A stretch of 64,000 bases of DNA from Bacillota bacterium (GTDB lineage Bacteria; Bacillota; Sulfobacillia; JAJZYS01; JAJYTV01): positions 11,032 through 75,031 of the forward strand of contig JAJYSZ010000003.1 in NCBI GenBank assembly GCA_021793315.1, given 5' to 3'. The notes beneath the pieces were generated by a model. The model saw nothing but the letters and a program-made list of their open reading frames with translations. It did no database searches and was not told where the DNA came from. Made by a program: the position numbers and the translations under genes. Of this stretch, positions 55,641-64,000 are shown one piece after another. Within the stretch, counting starts at the first letter, position 1; each line of letters opens with the position of its first letter.

Positions 55641-56918
55641 ATGCAGGACTTGAGGGCGCTCGTCCGCCGGCAGGCGGAGTTGGCAGGCCTATGCGGCCGC
55701 AGAATCCTGGTCGCCGTATCCGGCGGCCCGGACTCCGTGGCCTTGTTTCACATCCTCGCGGAGCTCAGGCAGGAGGCGCGCATCGATCTCCACCTCTGTC
55801 ACGTCGACCACGGCTGGCGGCGGGAGTCCGCGGGCGCGGAAGCCGCCCTCTGCGCGGAACTGGCGCGGGCTTCAGGAAGCGGTTGGAGCGTAATCCACCT
55901 GCCGGCGCCGAAGGCCCCGAACGAGGCTGAGGCCCGCGCGGCGCGCCTTGGCGCCTTGCGCCGGACTGCGGCAGGCGTCGGCGCCGCGGCCGTCGCCTTG
56001 GGCCATCAGGCGGATGATCAGGCGGAGACGGTCCTGATGCAGCTGGTGCGCGGCACGGCTTTCGCCGGCGGCATGGCCGCATGGCGACCGCCGCTCTGGC
56101 GCCCTCTGCTTTCTGTTCCGCGCGAGGCGCTCCGCCAATACTGCCTTGCGCAGGGGCTCGCCTTCGCGGATGACCCGAGCAATGACTCCCTTGATTTCGC
56201 GCGCAATCGCCTGCGGCTTGAGGTCCTGCCGAGGCTGCGCCGCGAGAATCCCAGAGCCCTCGAGGCGATCGGACGCTTCGCGGGCCTGCGCCAGGAGGAA
56301 GACGCCTGGCTGGAGCAGCAGGCCGCTGTCCTCGCGAGCTGCCTGCCCCGGCTCGGCAACGTCCTGGACCTGCGCCCTCTGAAGGGCGAGCCGCGCCCCT
56401 TGCAGCGCCGGGTCCTGCGCCGGGTGCTCAAGGACCAAGGCGTGATGCTGGACGCAGAGCGCCTGGCCGCTTGCCAGGAGATTCTCGAGACGGGCGGCAG
56501 GTGCGCTCCTGCGCATGATCTTGAGATCGAACGCGGCCTTCTCTACCGTCCGGGGCCGCCGCGACCCTGGTGCTGCCTGCGCGATGGTACCAAGGTGCTC
56601 TGGGCCGACCTCAGCCTGGGCGTCGGTTCGCCGCCCAAGGACGCGCTGCAGGCCGAGGTGGGTCCGGGTCGCATCTCGGTGCGGTCTCGGCGCCCGGGAG
56701 ACCGGTTGCAGCTCGCGGGCGGCCGGCGCAAACTGCAGGACATCCTGGTGGATGCGAAAGTTCCCCGCCCGCTGAGGGATGCGGTGCCGGTCGTCTGTCT
56801 GGAGGGACGGCCCGTGTGGCTTCCCGGCCATGCGCGTTCGACCGATGCGGGTAGCGGAAGGACTGTTTGGGTCGGGTCAGCGGAAGTTGTTGCACAACTT
56901 TGGAGTGTGCTAGAATGA
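55641..56918 (+). CDS. tilS: tRNA(Ile)-lysidine synthetase
   Basis: VAVSGGPDS, HVDHG, GHQADDQAETVL, RPLL, DPSN, RNRLR, C-terminal RRPGD...KVP. Confidence 0.95.
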   Translation: MQDLRALVRRQAELAGLCGRRILVAVSGGPDSVALFHILAELRQEARIDLHLCHVDHGWRRESAGAEAALCAELARASGSGWSVIHLPAPKAPNEAEARAARLGALRRTAAGVGAAAVALGHQADDQAETVLMQLVRGTAFAGGMAAWRPPLWRPLLSVPREALRQYCLAQGLAFADDPSNDSLDFARNRLRLEVLPRLRRENPRALEAIGRFAGLRQEEDAWLEQQAAVLASCLPRLGNVLDLRPLKGEPRPLQRRVLRRVLKDQGVMLDAERLAACQEILETGGRCAPAHDLEIERGLLYRPGPPRPWCCLRDGTKVLWADLSLGVGSPPKDALQAEVGPGRISVRSRRPGDRLQLAGGRRKLQDILVDAKVPRPLRDAVPVVCLEGRPVWLPGHARSTDAGSGRTVWVGSAEVVAQLWSVLE

Positions 56919-56970
56919 ACCGATTCGCGTGGCCCGAGTGCGAGAGCCCGCGAAAGGAGGCCGGGCGTCG

Positions 56971-58782
56971 GTGAACAACAATATCTTCCGCCGCATCACG
57001 TTCCCTCTCGTGATGCTCGTTCTGCTTCTCATGGTGCTCGAGTACGTGCACACCGCGCAGCCGGCCAATGTCACCCAGTACACCTACACGCAGATGGTCA
57101 ACGGGGTGAAGCATCACCAGGTCAAGAGTGCCACCATCAACGGGGACACGCTGACCGGGACGCTGACGAACGGCAAGACGTTCCAGACGACCATCTCGCC
57201 GTACGCCACCAGCAGCCTGCAGGACCTTCTCGGCGCCAATGGCGTGAACTTCAAGTACGCGACGTCGCCGACGCCGTGGTACGACAGTCCTCTGTTCAAC
57301 ACGCTTCTGTGGGTGGCGCTGCTCGCTGCCGTGATGTTCTTCCTGATGCAGCAGACGCAGGGCGGCGGCAACCGGGTGATGCAGTTCGGCAAGAGCCGGG
57401 CGCGCCTCCACACGGATGACCGCAAGCGCGTCACGTTCGATGACGTCGCCGGCGTCGAGGAAGTGAAGGAAGAGCTCGAGGAGGTCGTGGACTTCCTCAA
57501 GCATCCGAAACGCTATGTCGAGCTGGGTGCGCGCATCCCGAAGGGCGTCCTGCTCTTCGGCGAGCCCGGCACCGGCAAGACCCTGCTTGCGCGTGCCGTG
57601 GCCGGTGAGGCCGGCGTTCCCTTCTTCAGCATTTCCGGCTCCGACTTCGTCGAGATGTTCGTCGGCGTCGGTGCTTCCCGCGTTCGCGACCTCTTCGAGC
57701 AGGCCAAGAAGAATTCGCCCTGCATCGTGTTCATCGATGAGATCGACGCCGTCGGCCGCATGCGTGGCGCGGGGTACGGCGGCGGCCACGACGAGCGCGA
57801 GCAGACGTTGAACCAGCTGCTCGTCGAGATGGACGGCTTCGGAATCAACGAGGGGATCATCGTCATCGCGGCCACGAACCGGCCGGACGTCCTTGACCCC
57901 GCTCTGCTGCGTCCGGGCCGCTTCGACCGGCAGGTAGTGATCCACCGTCCTGACCTCAGGGGGCGCAAGGAGATCCTGGCTGTCCACGCGGCCAACAAGC
58001 CGCTCGAGCCGGGAACCGACCTCGAGCAGGTCGCGAAGCGCACACCGGGGTTCACAGGTGCAGACCTCGCCAACACGCTCAACGAGGCCGCGCTGCTGGC
58101 GGCAAGGCGGCACAAGAAGCGAGTCGGTATGCCGGAGCTTGACGAGGCGATCGAGCGGACGATCGCCGGGCCGCAGAAGAAGTCGCGCGTCATGAACGAG
58201 AAGGAGAAGCGCCAAGTCGCCTTCCACGAGGTGGGACACGCGCTTGTGGGGCACCTGCTGCCGCACGCCGACCCGGTCGTCAAGGTGACGATCATCCCGC
58301 GTGGCATGGGTCTTGGCTATACGCTCCAGATGCCAAGCGAGGACCGCTACCTGGTGTCGAAGGAGGAGATCCTCGACCGCATCACGGGAGCCCTGGGTGG
58401 CAGGGCGGCGGAAGAGATCATCTTCGGCGAGATCACGTCCGGTGCGGCGGATGACCTCGACAAGGTCACCAAGATGGCTCGCCGCATGATTACCGAGTTC
58501 GGCATGTCGGAGGCGCTCGGGCCGATGACGTACGGCACGAAGCAGGATCAGGTCTTCCTCGGGCGCGACCTGATGCGCGACCGCAACTATTCCGAGGAGA
58601 TCGCGGCGATGATCGACCGCGAAACGCGGCGCGTGGTGCAGGAGTGCTATCAGCGTGCGAAGCAGCTGCTGCAGGACAACCGCCAGATGCTGCACCGCAT
58701 CGCCGAGAAGCTCCTCGAGGTCGAGACGATCGAGGGAGCAGAGCTCGAGGCCATGATCGAGGGCAAGGAACTCGCGATCTAG
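56971..58782 (+). CDS. ftsH: ATP-dependent zinc metalloprotease FtsH
   Basis: Two TM helices, [39 protein letters not shown]; AAGGAGG precedes GTG. Confidence 0.98.
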   Translation: MNNNIFRRITFPLVMLVLLLMVLEYVHTAQPANVTQYTYTQMVNGVKHHQVKSATINGDTLTGTLTNGKTFQTTISPYATSSLQDLLGANGVNFKYATSPTPWYDSPLFNTLLWVALLAAVMFFLMQQTQGGGNRVMQFGKSRARLHTDDRKRVTFDDVAGVEEVKEELEEVVDFLKHPKRYVELGARIPKGVLLFGEPGTGKTLLARAVAGEAGVPFFSISGSDFVEMFVGVGASRVRDLFEQAKKNSPCIVFIDEIDAVGRMRGAGYGGGHDEREQTLNQLLVEMDGFGINEGIIVIAATNRPDVLDPALLRPGRFDRQVVIHRPDLRGRKEILAVHAANKPLEPGTDLEQVAKRTPGFTGADLANTLNEAALLAARRHKKRVGMPELDEAIERTIAGPQKKSRVMNEKEKRQVAFHEVGHALVGHLLPHADPVVKVTIIPRGMGLGYTLQMPSEDRYLVSKEEILDRITGALGGRAAEEIIFGEITSGAADDLDKVTKMARRMITEFGMSEALGPMTYGTKQDQVFLGRDLMRDRNYSEEIAAMIDRETRRVVQECYQRAKQLLQDNRQMLHRIAEKLLEVETIEGAELEAMIEGKELAI

Positions 58783-58790
58783 ACCAAAAG

Positions 58791-58833
58791 ACAAAGGGAG
58801 CGCATGGGCAAAGGTCCATGCGCTCCCTTTGTG
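58791..58833 (+). terminator. Intrinsic terminator after ftsH
   Basis: ACAAAGGGAGCGCATGG...CCATGCGCTCCCTTTGT. Confidence 0.8.
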
Positions 58834-58920
58834 CTCTTTCCAATCGTCCTTGCGTACCATGCGGCAGGGTTGAAAAGTGCCCCGCGGGGTGGCAATATTG
58901 AGGCGAGAGGGGATCAAATC

Positions 58921-59298
58921 ATGGAGATCCAGGGTCTGCCGCTCTGCCCGGGGTGCGGCGGCGGCATGCAGGTTGCGGAACTGCGGTGCCCGCGCTGCGC
59001 GACGACGGTGCAAGGCGAGTTCCGGCCGGGACTCTTCGGCCTGACGCCGACCCAGCAGATGTTCGCCGTACGATTCCTCGCCGCGCGCGGCAACCTGAAG
59101 GAGCTCGAGCGGGAGTACGCGATCTCCTACCAGGCGCTGCGCGGCCAGCTCGACGAGATCGTCGCCGCGCTCACCCCGCCTGCCCGCGGCGGACGCGAGA
59201 CGGTGCTGCAGCGACTGAGACGCGGCGAGCTGCGGGCGGACGAGGCGCTGCGCCTGCTCGAGATACAGGTGCCGGACGGAGATTCCGCGGACCGCTGA
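58921..59298 (+). CDS. DUF2089 family Zn-ribbon/HTH protein
   Basis: CPGCG...CPRCATTVQGEF...GNLKELER...ISY. Confidence 0.9.
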   Translation: MEIQGLPLCPGCGGGMQVAELRCPRCATTVQGEFRPGLFGLTPTQQMFAVRFLAARGNLKELEREYAISYQALRGQLDEIVAALTPPARGGRETVLQRLRRGELRADEALRLLEIQVPDGDSADR

Positions 59299-59311
59299 AG
59301 GAGGATGCCGG

Positions 59312-60307
59312 ATGGGAGACTTTGAGCGTCGCGTTCTGCGCCTGGTCTCGGAGGGCAAGCTGACGGCCGAGGAGGGCGAGGAGCTTCTGCACTCCCATGA
59401 GCGAGGGACCCTGCGCGATCTGCGTACGGTCGTCGAGGATAGCCTCTCCGGTGTTGGGCGCGTCGTGCGCGAACACACGGAGCCGGACGTGCAGGAACTG
59501 CTGCGCGCCGAACTGCCGGAGGCCGACGAGCCGCTCGAGCTGCGGATCGCTGGCGACTTCGGCCTTGCGCTGATGCCTGGCGACGAGGGGATCTGCCGGG
59601 CGGTCTGGAGCGTCGGGCGACCGTTGTTCGGCGAGGTGCCACCGCCGCCCGAGGTGCGGCTCGACGGCCGCACGCTGCGCGTCGAGGGGCGCGCACGCTA
59701 CGGCTTCGGCCTAGGTATGCCGTTCGCGGGCTATTCCCTGGATATCTACCTGCCACCGGCTACGCGCCTCGCCGGCGGCGTCGCCCAGCGGCTCGGCCGC
59801 GTCCGCATCGACGACCTGGCCGTCGAGTCCCTGCGGCTCGACACCCAGAACGGGCGCGTCCAGGTGGAGGTGCCGAGCATCAAGGAGCTGCAGGTGACCT
59901 CGCGCAACGGTTCGATCGAGGTGTCGGCAAGCGAGGCGGGCAAGGTGCGGGTGGACGCCTACAACGGCCGGGTGGCGCTGCGCGGCGCCTTGCGCGACGT
60001 GGACGCGATGACGCGCAACGGGCGCATCGAGGCCGATCTCAAACCCGTGCGCGGCGGCAACTGCCGGCTGCAGACGCTCAACGGTGCCGTCGAACTGGAA
60101 CTGGCCTACGCCATTGCCTGCCAGCTCTCGGCGGAGACGGTGCACGGGCCAATCTCGGTCGACATGCCGAATCTCACGATCCAGGAGGACGTGCGCGACT
60201 TCAGCCGCAGGCGCCTGCGCGGCCAGACGAGCGGCAGTGAGGGCGACCTGGTCGCGGAGCTCGGCACGACAAATGGCGCGGTGCGCGTCGTCCAGCACGC
60301 GCGCTGA
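59312..60307 (+). CDS. SHOCT-like + DUF4097 beta-repeat protein
   Basis: VLRLVSEGKLTAEEGEELL N-terminus and repeated TxNG motifs. Confidence 0.85.
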   Translation: MGDFERRVLRLVSEGKLTAEEGEELLHSHERGTLRDLRTVVEDSLSGVGRVVREHTEPDVQELLRAELPEADEPLELRIAGDFGLALMPGDEGICRAVWSVGRPLFGEVPPPPEVRLDGRTLRVEGRARYGFGLGMPFAGYSLDIYLPPATRLAGGVAQRLGRVRIDDLAVESLRLDTQNGRVQVEVPSIKELQVTSRNGSIEVSASEAGKVRVDAYNGRVALRGALRDVDAMTRNGRIEADLKPVRGGNCRLQTLNGAVELELAYAIACQLSAETVHGPISVDMPNLTIQEDVRDFSRRRLRGQTSGSEGDLVAELGTTNGAVRVVQHAR

Positions 60308-60394
60308 CAGGAGAACGGGCGCCTAGGTAAGAATAGGGGCGTCATCGCATCGGATGGCGAAGGGAGGGAGGCCGGGCTCTGCCCGGCCGAACTG

Positions 60395-61681
60395 TTGGCG
60401 TTCATCGAGACACCTCTGCAGCCGGGCGCATCGCTCTTCCTGTGGTCCACGTCCAAGTTCAAGACGACGACGGTGCGCGTGCTCCTGCGCATGCCTCTGG
60501 ACGACGGGGCTAGCGCCGGTGCGCTCCTGCCGATGGTCCTGCAGCGCGGCACGCGCAGCCTGCCGCAGACGATCCTGCTCTCCCGCCGGCTGGACATGCT
60601 CTACGGCGCGGAACTGCGAGCCGACGTGCTCAAGCTCGGCGAGGAGCAGATCACGATCTTCCACCTGGAGGTGGCGCACAGCGCCTACCTCACCGGCGAG
60701 GACCCGTTGCCCGAAGCCCTCACGCTGCTCGGCGACGTGCTCACCGAGCCGCCGCTCGAGGACGGCGGCCTGCGCGCGGAATGGGTGTCCCAGGAGCGCG
60801 AGAATCTTCGCCGCCGGATCCAGGGCATCTACAGCGACAAGGCCCACTACGCCCAGCTGCGTCTCGTCGAGGCGATGTGCAGCGGGGAACCCTATGCCAT
60901 CCCGCGCCTCGGGGCTCTCGGTGACTTGGACCGCCACACGAGCGAGGGCCTCTGGCATCACTGGCAGGAGACCCTGCTGCGTGCGCCGATCGCCATCTAC
61001 ATGGTGGGAGCGCTAGAGCCTGCGGCGGCGGAGGACCACGCACGCCGGCTGCTCGCGCGCATCGGCCGACGCGAGTTGAGGCCGACCGCCGCGGTGACGC
61101 CGCATGCCGCCCCCGCGAGGCCGCGCGACGTACACGAGCGCCAGCCGATTGCGCAGGGCAAGCTGGCGATCGGCTTCACGACGAGCCTGCACGCCTCGGA
61201 TCCCGGCTATCCTGCGCTTGCCATGATGAATGGCATCTACGGCGGGTTCAGTCACTCGCGCCTCTTCCAGGAGGTGCGCGAACACCACTCGCTAGCCTAC
61301 TACGCGCAGTCTCAGATCGATGGCGTGAAGGGGCTCCTGTTCGTGCATCTCGGGATCGCCTCGCCGAACAGGCAGGCTGCGCAGGATCTCGTCCTGCAGC
61401 AACTGGAGACGGTGCGGCGCGGCGAGTTCCGGCCACAGGAGGCGGAGGATACGCTGAAGGGGATCGCGACGCAGATCGAGCAGTCCGCGGACGCCCCCAG
61501 CGAGGCCATCATGACCGACTTCGAGCTGCGCGCGGCCGGGCGCCCGACCGATCCGGAGCGCCGCATCGCCGCACTCGCGGCCGTCCAGGCGGAGGAGATC
61601 GCGGAGGCCGCGCGAGGCCTGACGCTGGATACGGTCTATTTCCTCGACGGGGAGGGGGATGGCGATGGCGACGCGGATTGA
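60395..61681 (+). CDS. M16 peptidase-like subunit, non-catalytic (YmfF-like)
   Basis: KFKTTTV, LYGA, QGKLAIG, GGFSHSRLFQEVRE..SLAYY; no HxxEH. Confidence 0.88.
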   Translation: MAFIETPLQPGASLFLWSTSKFKTTTVRVLLRMPLDDGASAGALLPMVLQRGTRSLPQTILLSRRLDMLYGAELRADVLKLGEEQITIFHLEVAHSAYLTGEDPLPEALTLLGDVLTEPPLEDGGLRAEWVSQERENLRRRIQGIYSDKAHYAQLRLVEAMCSGEPYAIPRLGALGDLDRHTSEGLWHHWQETLLRAPIAIYMVGALEPAAAEDHARRLLARIGRRELRPTAAVTPHAAPARPRDVHERQPIAQGKLAIGFTTSLHASDPGYPALAMMNGIYGGFSHSRLFQEVREHHSLAYYAQSQIDGVKGLLFVHLGIASPNRQAAQDLVLQQLETVRRGEFRPQEAEDTLKGIATQIEQSADAPSEAIMTDFELRAAGRPTDPERRIAALAAVQAEEIAEAARGLTLDTVYFLDGEGDGDGDAD

Positions 61682-62936
61682 GGTACCAGCCCTGCGCGAG
61701 GAGATCTGGCAGGAAATCCTGCCGTCAGGGCTGGCCTGCTACGTGCTGCCCAAACCGGGTTTCGCCACGCGCTACGCAAGCTTCTCGACACGCTACGGCT
61801 CCTGCGACCAGACCTTCGTCGACGCAGACGGCCAGCTGCAGCGTACGCCGGCCGGCATCGCGCACTTCCTCGAGCACAAGCTCTTTGAGGAGCAGGACGG
61901 CAACGTCGCCGAGCGTTTCTCCGCACTGGGCGCGATGTCGAACGCCTATACGAACTACGGCGCCACCAGCTACCTGTTTTCCACCACCGAGCGCTTCGAG
62001 GAGGCGCTCGAGCTCCTGCTGCACTTCGTCCAGCAGCCCTACTTCACCAAGGAGAACGTGCAAAAAGAGCAGGGCATCATCGCCGAGGAGCTGCGCATGT
62101 ACCTCGACGATCCCCGGTCCGTCGTGTTCCAGAACCTGCTGGCTGCCCTTTACCAGCATCATCCCGTCCGGGTCGAGATCGGCGGTACGCTGGAGTCGAT
62201 CCAGCAGATCGGGCCCGACGAGCTCTTTCTTTGCCACCGGGCCTTCTACCAGCCGGGCAACATGGTGCTGATGGTGGCGGGTGACGTCGACCCGGCCGAG
62301 GTCTTCGGCATGGCGCACTCGGCGGTCGGCAAGGCTGGACTCCCCGCCGTGCGACGGGTCTATCCGGAGGAACCGGCGTCGGTCGCCGAGGCGATGAAGC
62401 GCCAACGCATGGCGGTCGGGGTGCCTTTGATCGCCATCGGCTTCAAGGACGACCCGGCGCCGCCCTCGGAGGCCCTGTTGCGCGAGGTGACGATGGAGAT
62501 CCTGCTCGACGTCGTGTTCGGCAGTTCCTCCGAGATCCACCGCCAGCTCTACGAGGAGGGACTGATTGGCCAGCAGTTCTCCTCGAGCTACTTCTCCGGC
62601 GACGGGTATGCCGCGTCGGTGCTGGGCGGCCCGACGCCAGAGCCGGATCGTCTGCTGGCGCGGGTGGAGGCGCTCTTGGCCGAGACAGTGGAACGTGGCC
62701 TCGACCCGAATGATGTGGAGCGCAGCCGCCGACGCTCGCTCGGCGAGTTCGTGGCGCTCTTCAACGCGCCGGAGGCGGTGGCCCACGCCCTCAGCGAATA
62801 CGCGATGCGGGGATTGGACTTCATCGCGGTCTACGACCTGCTGCGCCAGGTTACCGCGGACGATGTCAGCCGGCGGCTGCAAGAACACCTCGCGGCGCCG
62901 CGCCGCTCGGTTTCGATCGTGGAGAGCGCCGGCTGA
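61659..62936 (+). CDS. M16 zinc peptidase (YmfH-like)
   Basis: GIAHFLEHKLF, NAYT, KEQGIIAEE. Confidence 0.93.
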   Translation: MAMATRIEVPALREEIWQEILPSGLACYVLPKPGFATRYASFSTRYGSCDQTFVDADGQLQRTPAGIAHFLEHKLFEEQDGNVAERFSALGAMSNAYTNYGATSYLFSTTERFEEALELLLHFVQQPYFTKENVQKEQGIIAEELRMYLDDPRSVVFQNLLAALYQHHPVRVEIGGTLESIQQIGPDELFLCHRAFYQPGNMVLMVAGDVDPAEVFGMAHSAVGKAGLPAVRRVYPEEPASVAEAMKRQRMAVGVPLIAIGFKDDPAPPSEALLREVTMEILLDVVFGSSSEIHRQLYEEGLIGQQFSSSYFSGDGYAASVLGGPTPEPDRLLARVEALLAETVERGLDPNDVERSRRRSLGEFVALFNAPEAVAHALSEYAMRGLDFIAVYDLLRQVTADDVSRRLQEHLAAPRRSVSIVESAG

Positions 62937-63066
62937 ACGCGTGGCGGACCGTGAGAGGGGCCCGGCCGTGACCCGGCCGGGCCCTCTCACGCGGTCCACG
63001 TCCTACAGCGGCAGAGCGGCACCAGCTTGCCCATACTAGGCACATCTGCCGTGGGGAGGCTGGCCA

Positions 63067-63897
63067 TTGCTGAGGTTGCTGCCGGGGCTGCTCGCCGCCG
63101 TCGGTGCCGCGGTGCTCTTGCTGTCGGCCGTCCTGCTCGGTGTGCACGGGCATCACGCCCCGCCAGGGATGCGGCCCGCCGCCGCAGGGCAGACGCTCTG
63201 GCAGGACACTGGCGCCCAGGCGGTGCGGCGGGTGGCACCCGCGGTGGCGCGGGTCTCGGTGCTTGCCGCCAGCGCGCTTCCCTCCGTTTCGGGTCGCCCT
63301 GTCGCCGTGCGGGTGGTTGGCAGCGGCTTCGTGGTCGACCCGCGGGGCGGTGTTCTGACAAGCGCGAGCCTCGTCGCCGGCGCGAGGTCCGTCGACGTGC
63401 AGGTCGGCGGCCATGGTCCTGTGCTGCCCGTCGACACGATGAGCCTCGATGCGGCAGACGACATCGCCCTGCTGCACGTGCAACCGCCAAACCGTCTTCC
63501 CGCCCTCCGGCTCGCGGCCGTCGGGCAGCCTCTAGCGGGTACCTACGTGCTGGCCCTCGGCCACGCGAGCGCCGGGTTCGGCGTGGTATCCGGCGACGCG
63601 CGGAGACTTCTCCTGCCGGACGGCTCGCTGCATCACCTTCTCCAGACCGACGCACCGATCAACTTGGGCAATGTGGGCGGGCCCCTGATCAACCTCTCTG
63701 GCCAGGTCATTGGCATGGCTACCTTGCAGGTGCCCGGCGGGCGCGGCATCGGCTTTGCCGTGCCGGCGGAGGACATTCAGGCGGCCATCGGACGCTTTCG
63801 CCTAAGTGCCCCTCGCACAGGCGGAGCCTGGAAGCCAGTTGCCGCCAGCATTTGGAGGCATATACCCCCACCCCTCAAATGGTCCGTTCGGGCCTGA
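63067..63897 (+). CDS. Trypsin-like (S1C/HtrA) domain protein, catalytically degenerate
   Basis: GSGFVV, LTSASLV, DIALL, QTDAPINLGNVGGPL; N-terminal TM/signal; no PDZ domain. Confidence 0.85.
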   Translation: MLRLLPGLLAAVGAAVLLLSAVLLGVHGHHAPPGMRPAAAGQTLWQDTGAQAVRRVAPAVARVSVLAASALPSVSGRPVAVRVVGSGFVVDPRGGVLTSASLVAGARSVDVQVGGHGPVLPVDTMSLDAADDIALLHVQPPNRLPALRLAAVGQPLAGTYVLALGHASAGFGVVSGDARRLLLPDGSLHHLLQTDAPINLGNVGGPLINLSGQVIGMATLQVPGGRGIGFAVPAEDIQAAIGRFRLSAPRTGGAWKPVAASIWRHIPPPLKWSVRA

Positions 63898-64000
63898 ACC
63901 ACGATGCGACACAAAGAGATATACTTGTCGCGTGTGCGGCCAAAGCTGACGGGTTGCCCCAGGGGCCCGTCCATGGAGGGACTAAGGTTGCTGAGTGATA

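Overview
This is a high-GC chromosomal window from what looks like an endospore-forming Bacillota (inference from spoIIE, an alpha/beta SASP, an exosporium-like Cys-rich protein and the spoIIE-tilS-ftsH order). Ordinary content: an MFS transporter, aconitase, leuS, an acyl-CoA dehydrogenase/IclR pair, an NCS1 permease, a deacetylase-GH4-sugar kinase operon, a Lia-like two-component operon, an FTR1 iron permease with an apparent frameshift, an ECF sigma/anti-sigma pair, tRNA-Glu, a MarR + MacAB-type exporter, M16 peptidases and a catalytically degenerate HtrA-like protein. The standout is a minus-strand island at about 12.7-27.6 kb that I read as an uncharacterised flavinylation-linked extracytoplasmic redox system. 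It has an ApbE FMN transferase and a small secreted protein ending in the ApbE target motif (TSGASG), plus a second decayed copy of that protein. It also has three paralogues of a ~12-TM multi-His membrane protein and two tandem copies of a secreted two-protein pair in which each mature chain has one conserved Cys. Four of its transcription units are preceded by a Rex/Fnr-type palindrome. Immediately downstream of apbE is a split thioredoxin-fold gene with an in-frame TGA (U-P-Y-C), a likely selenoprotein. All family assignments come from motif recognition only; no searches were run.
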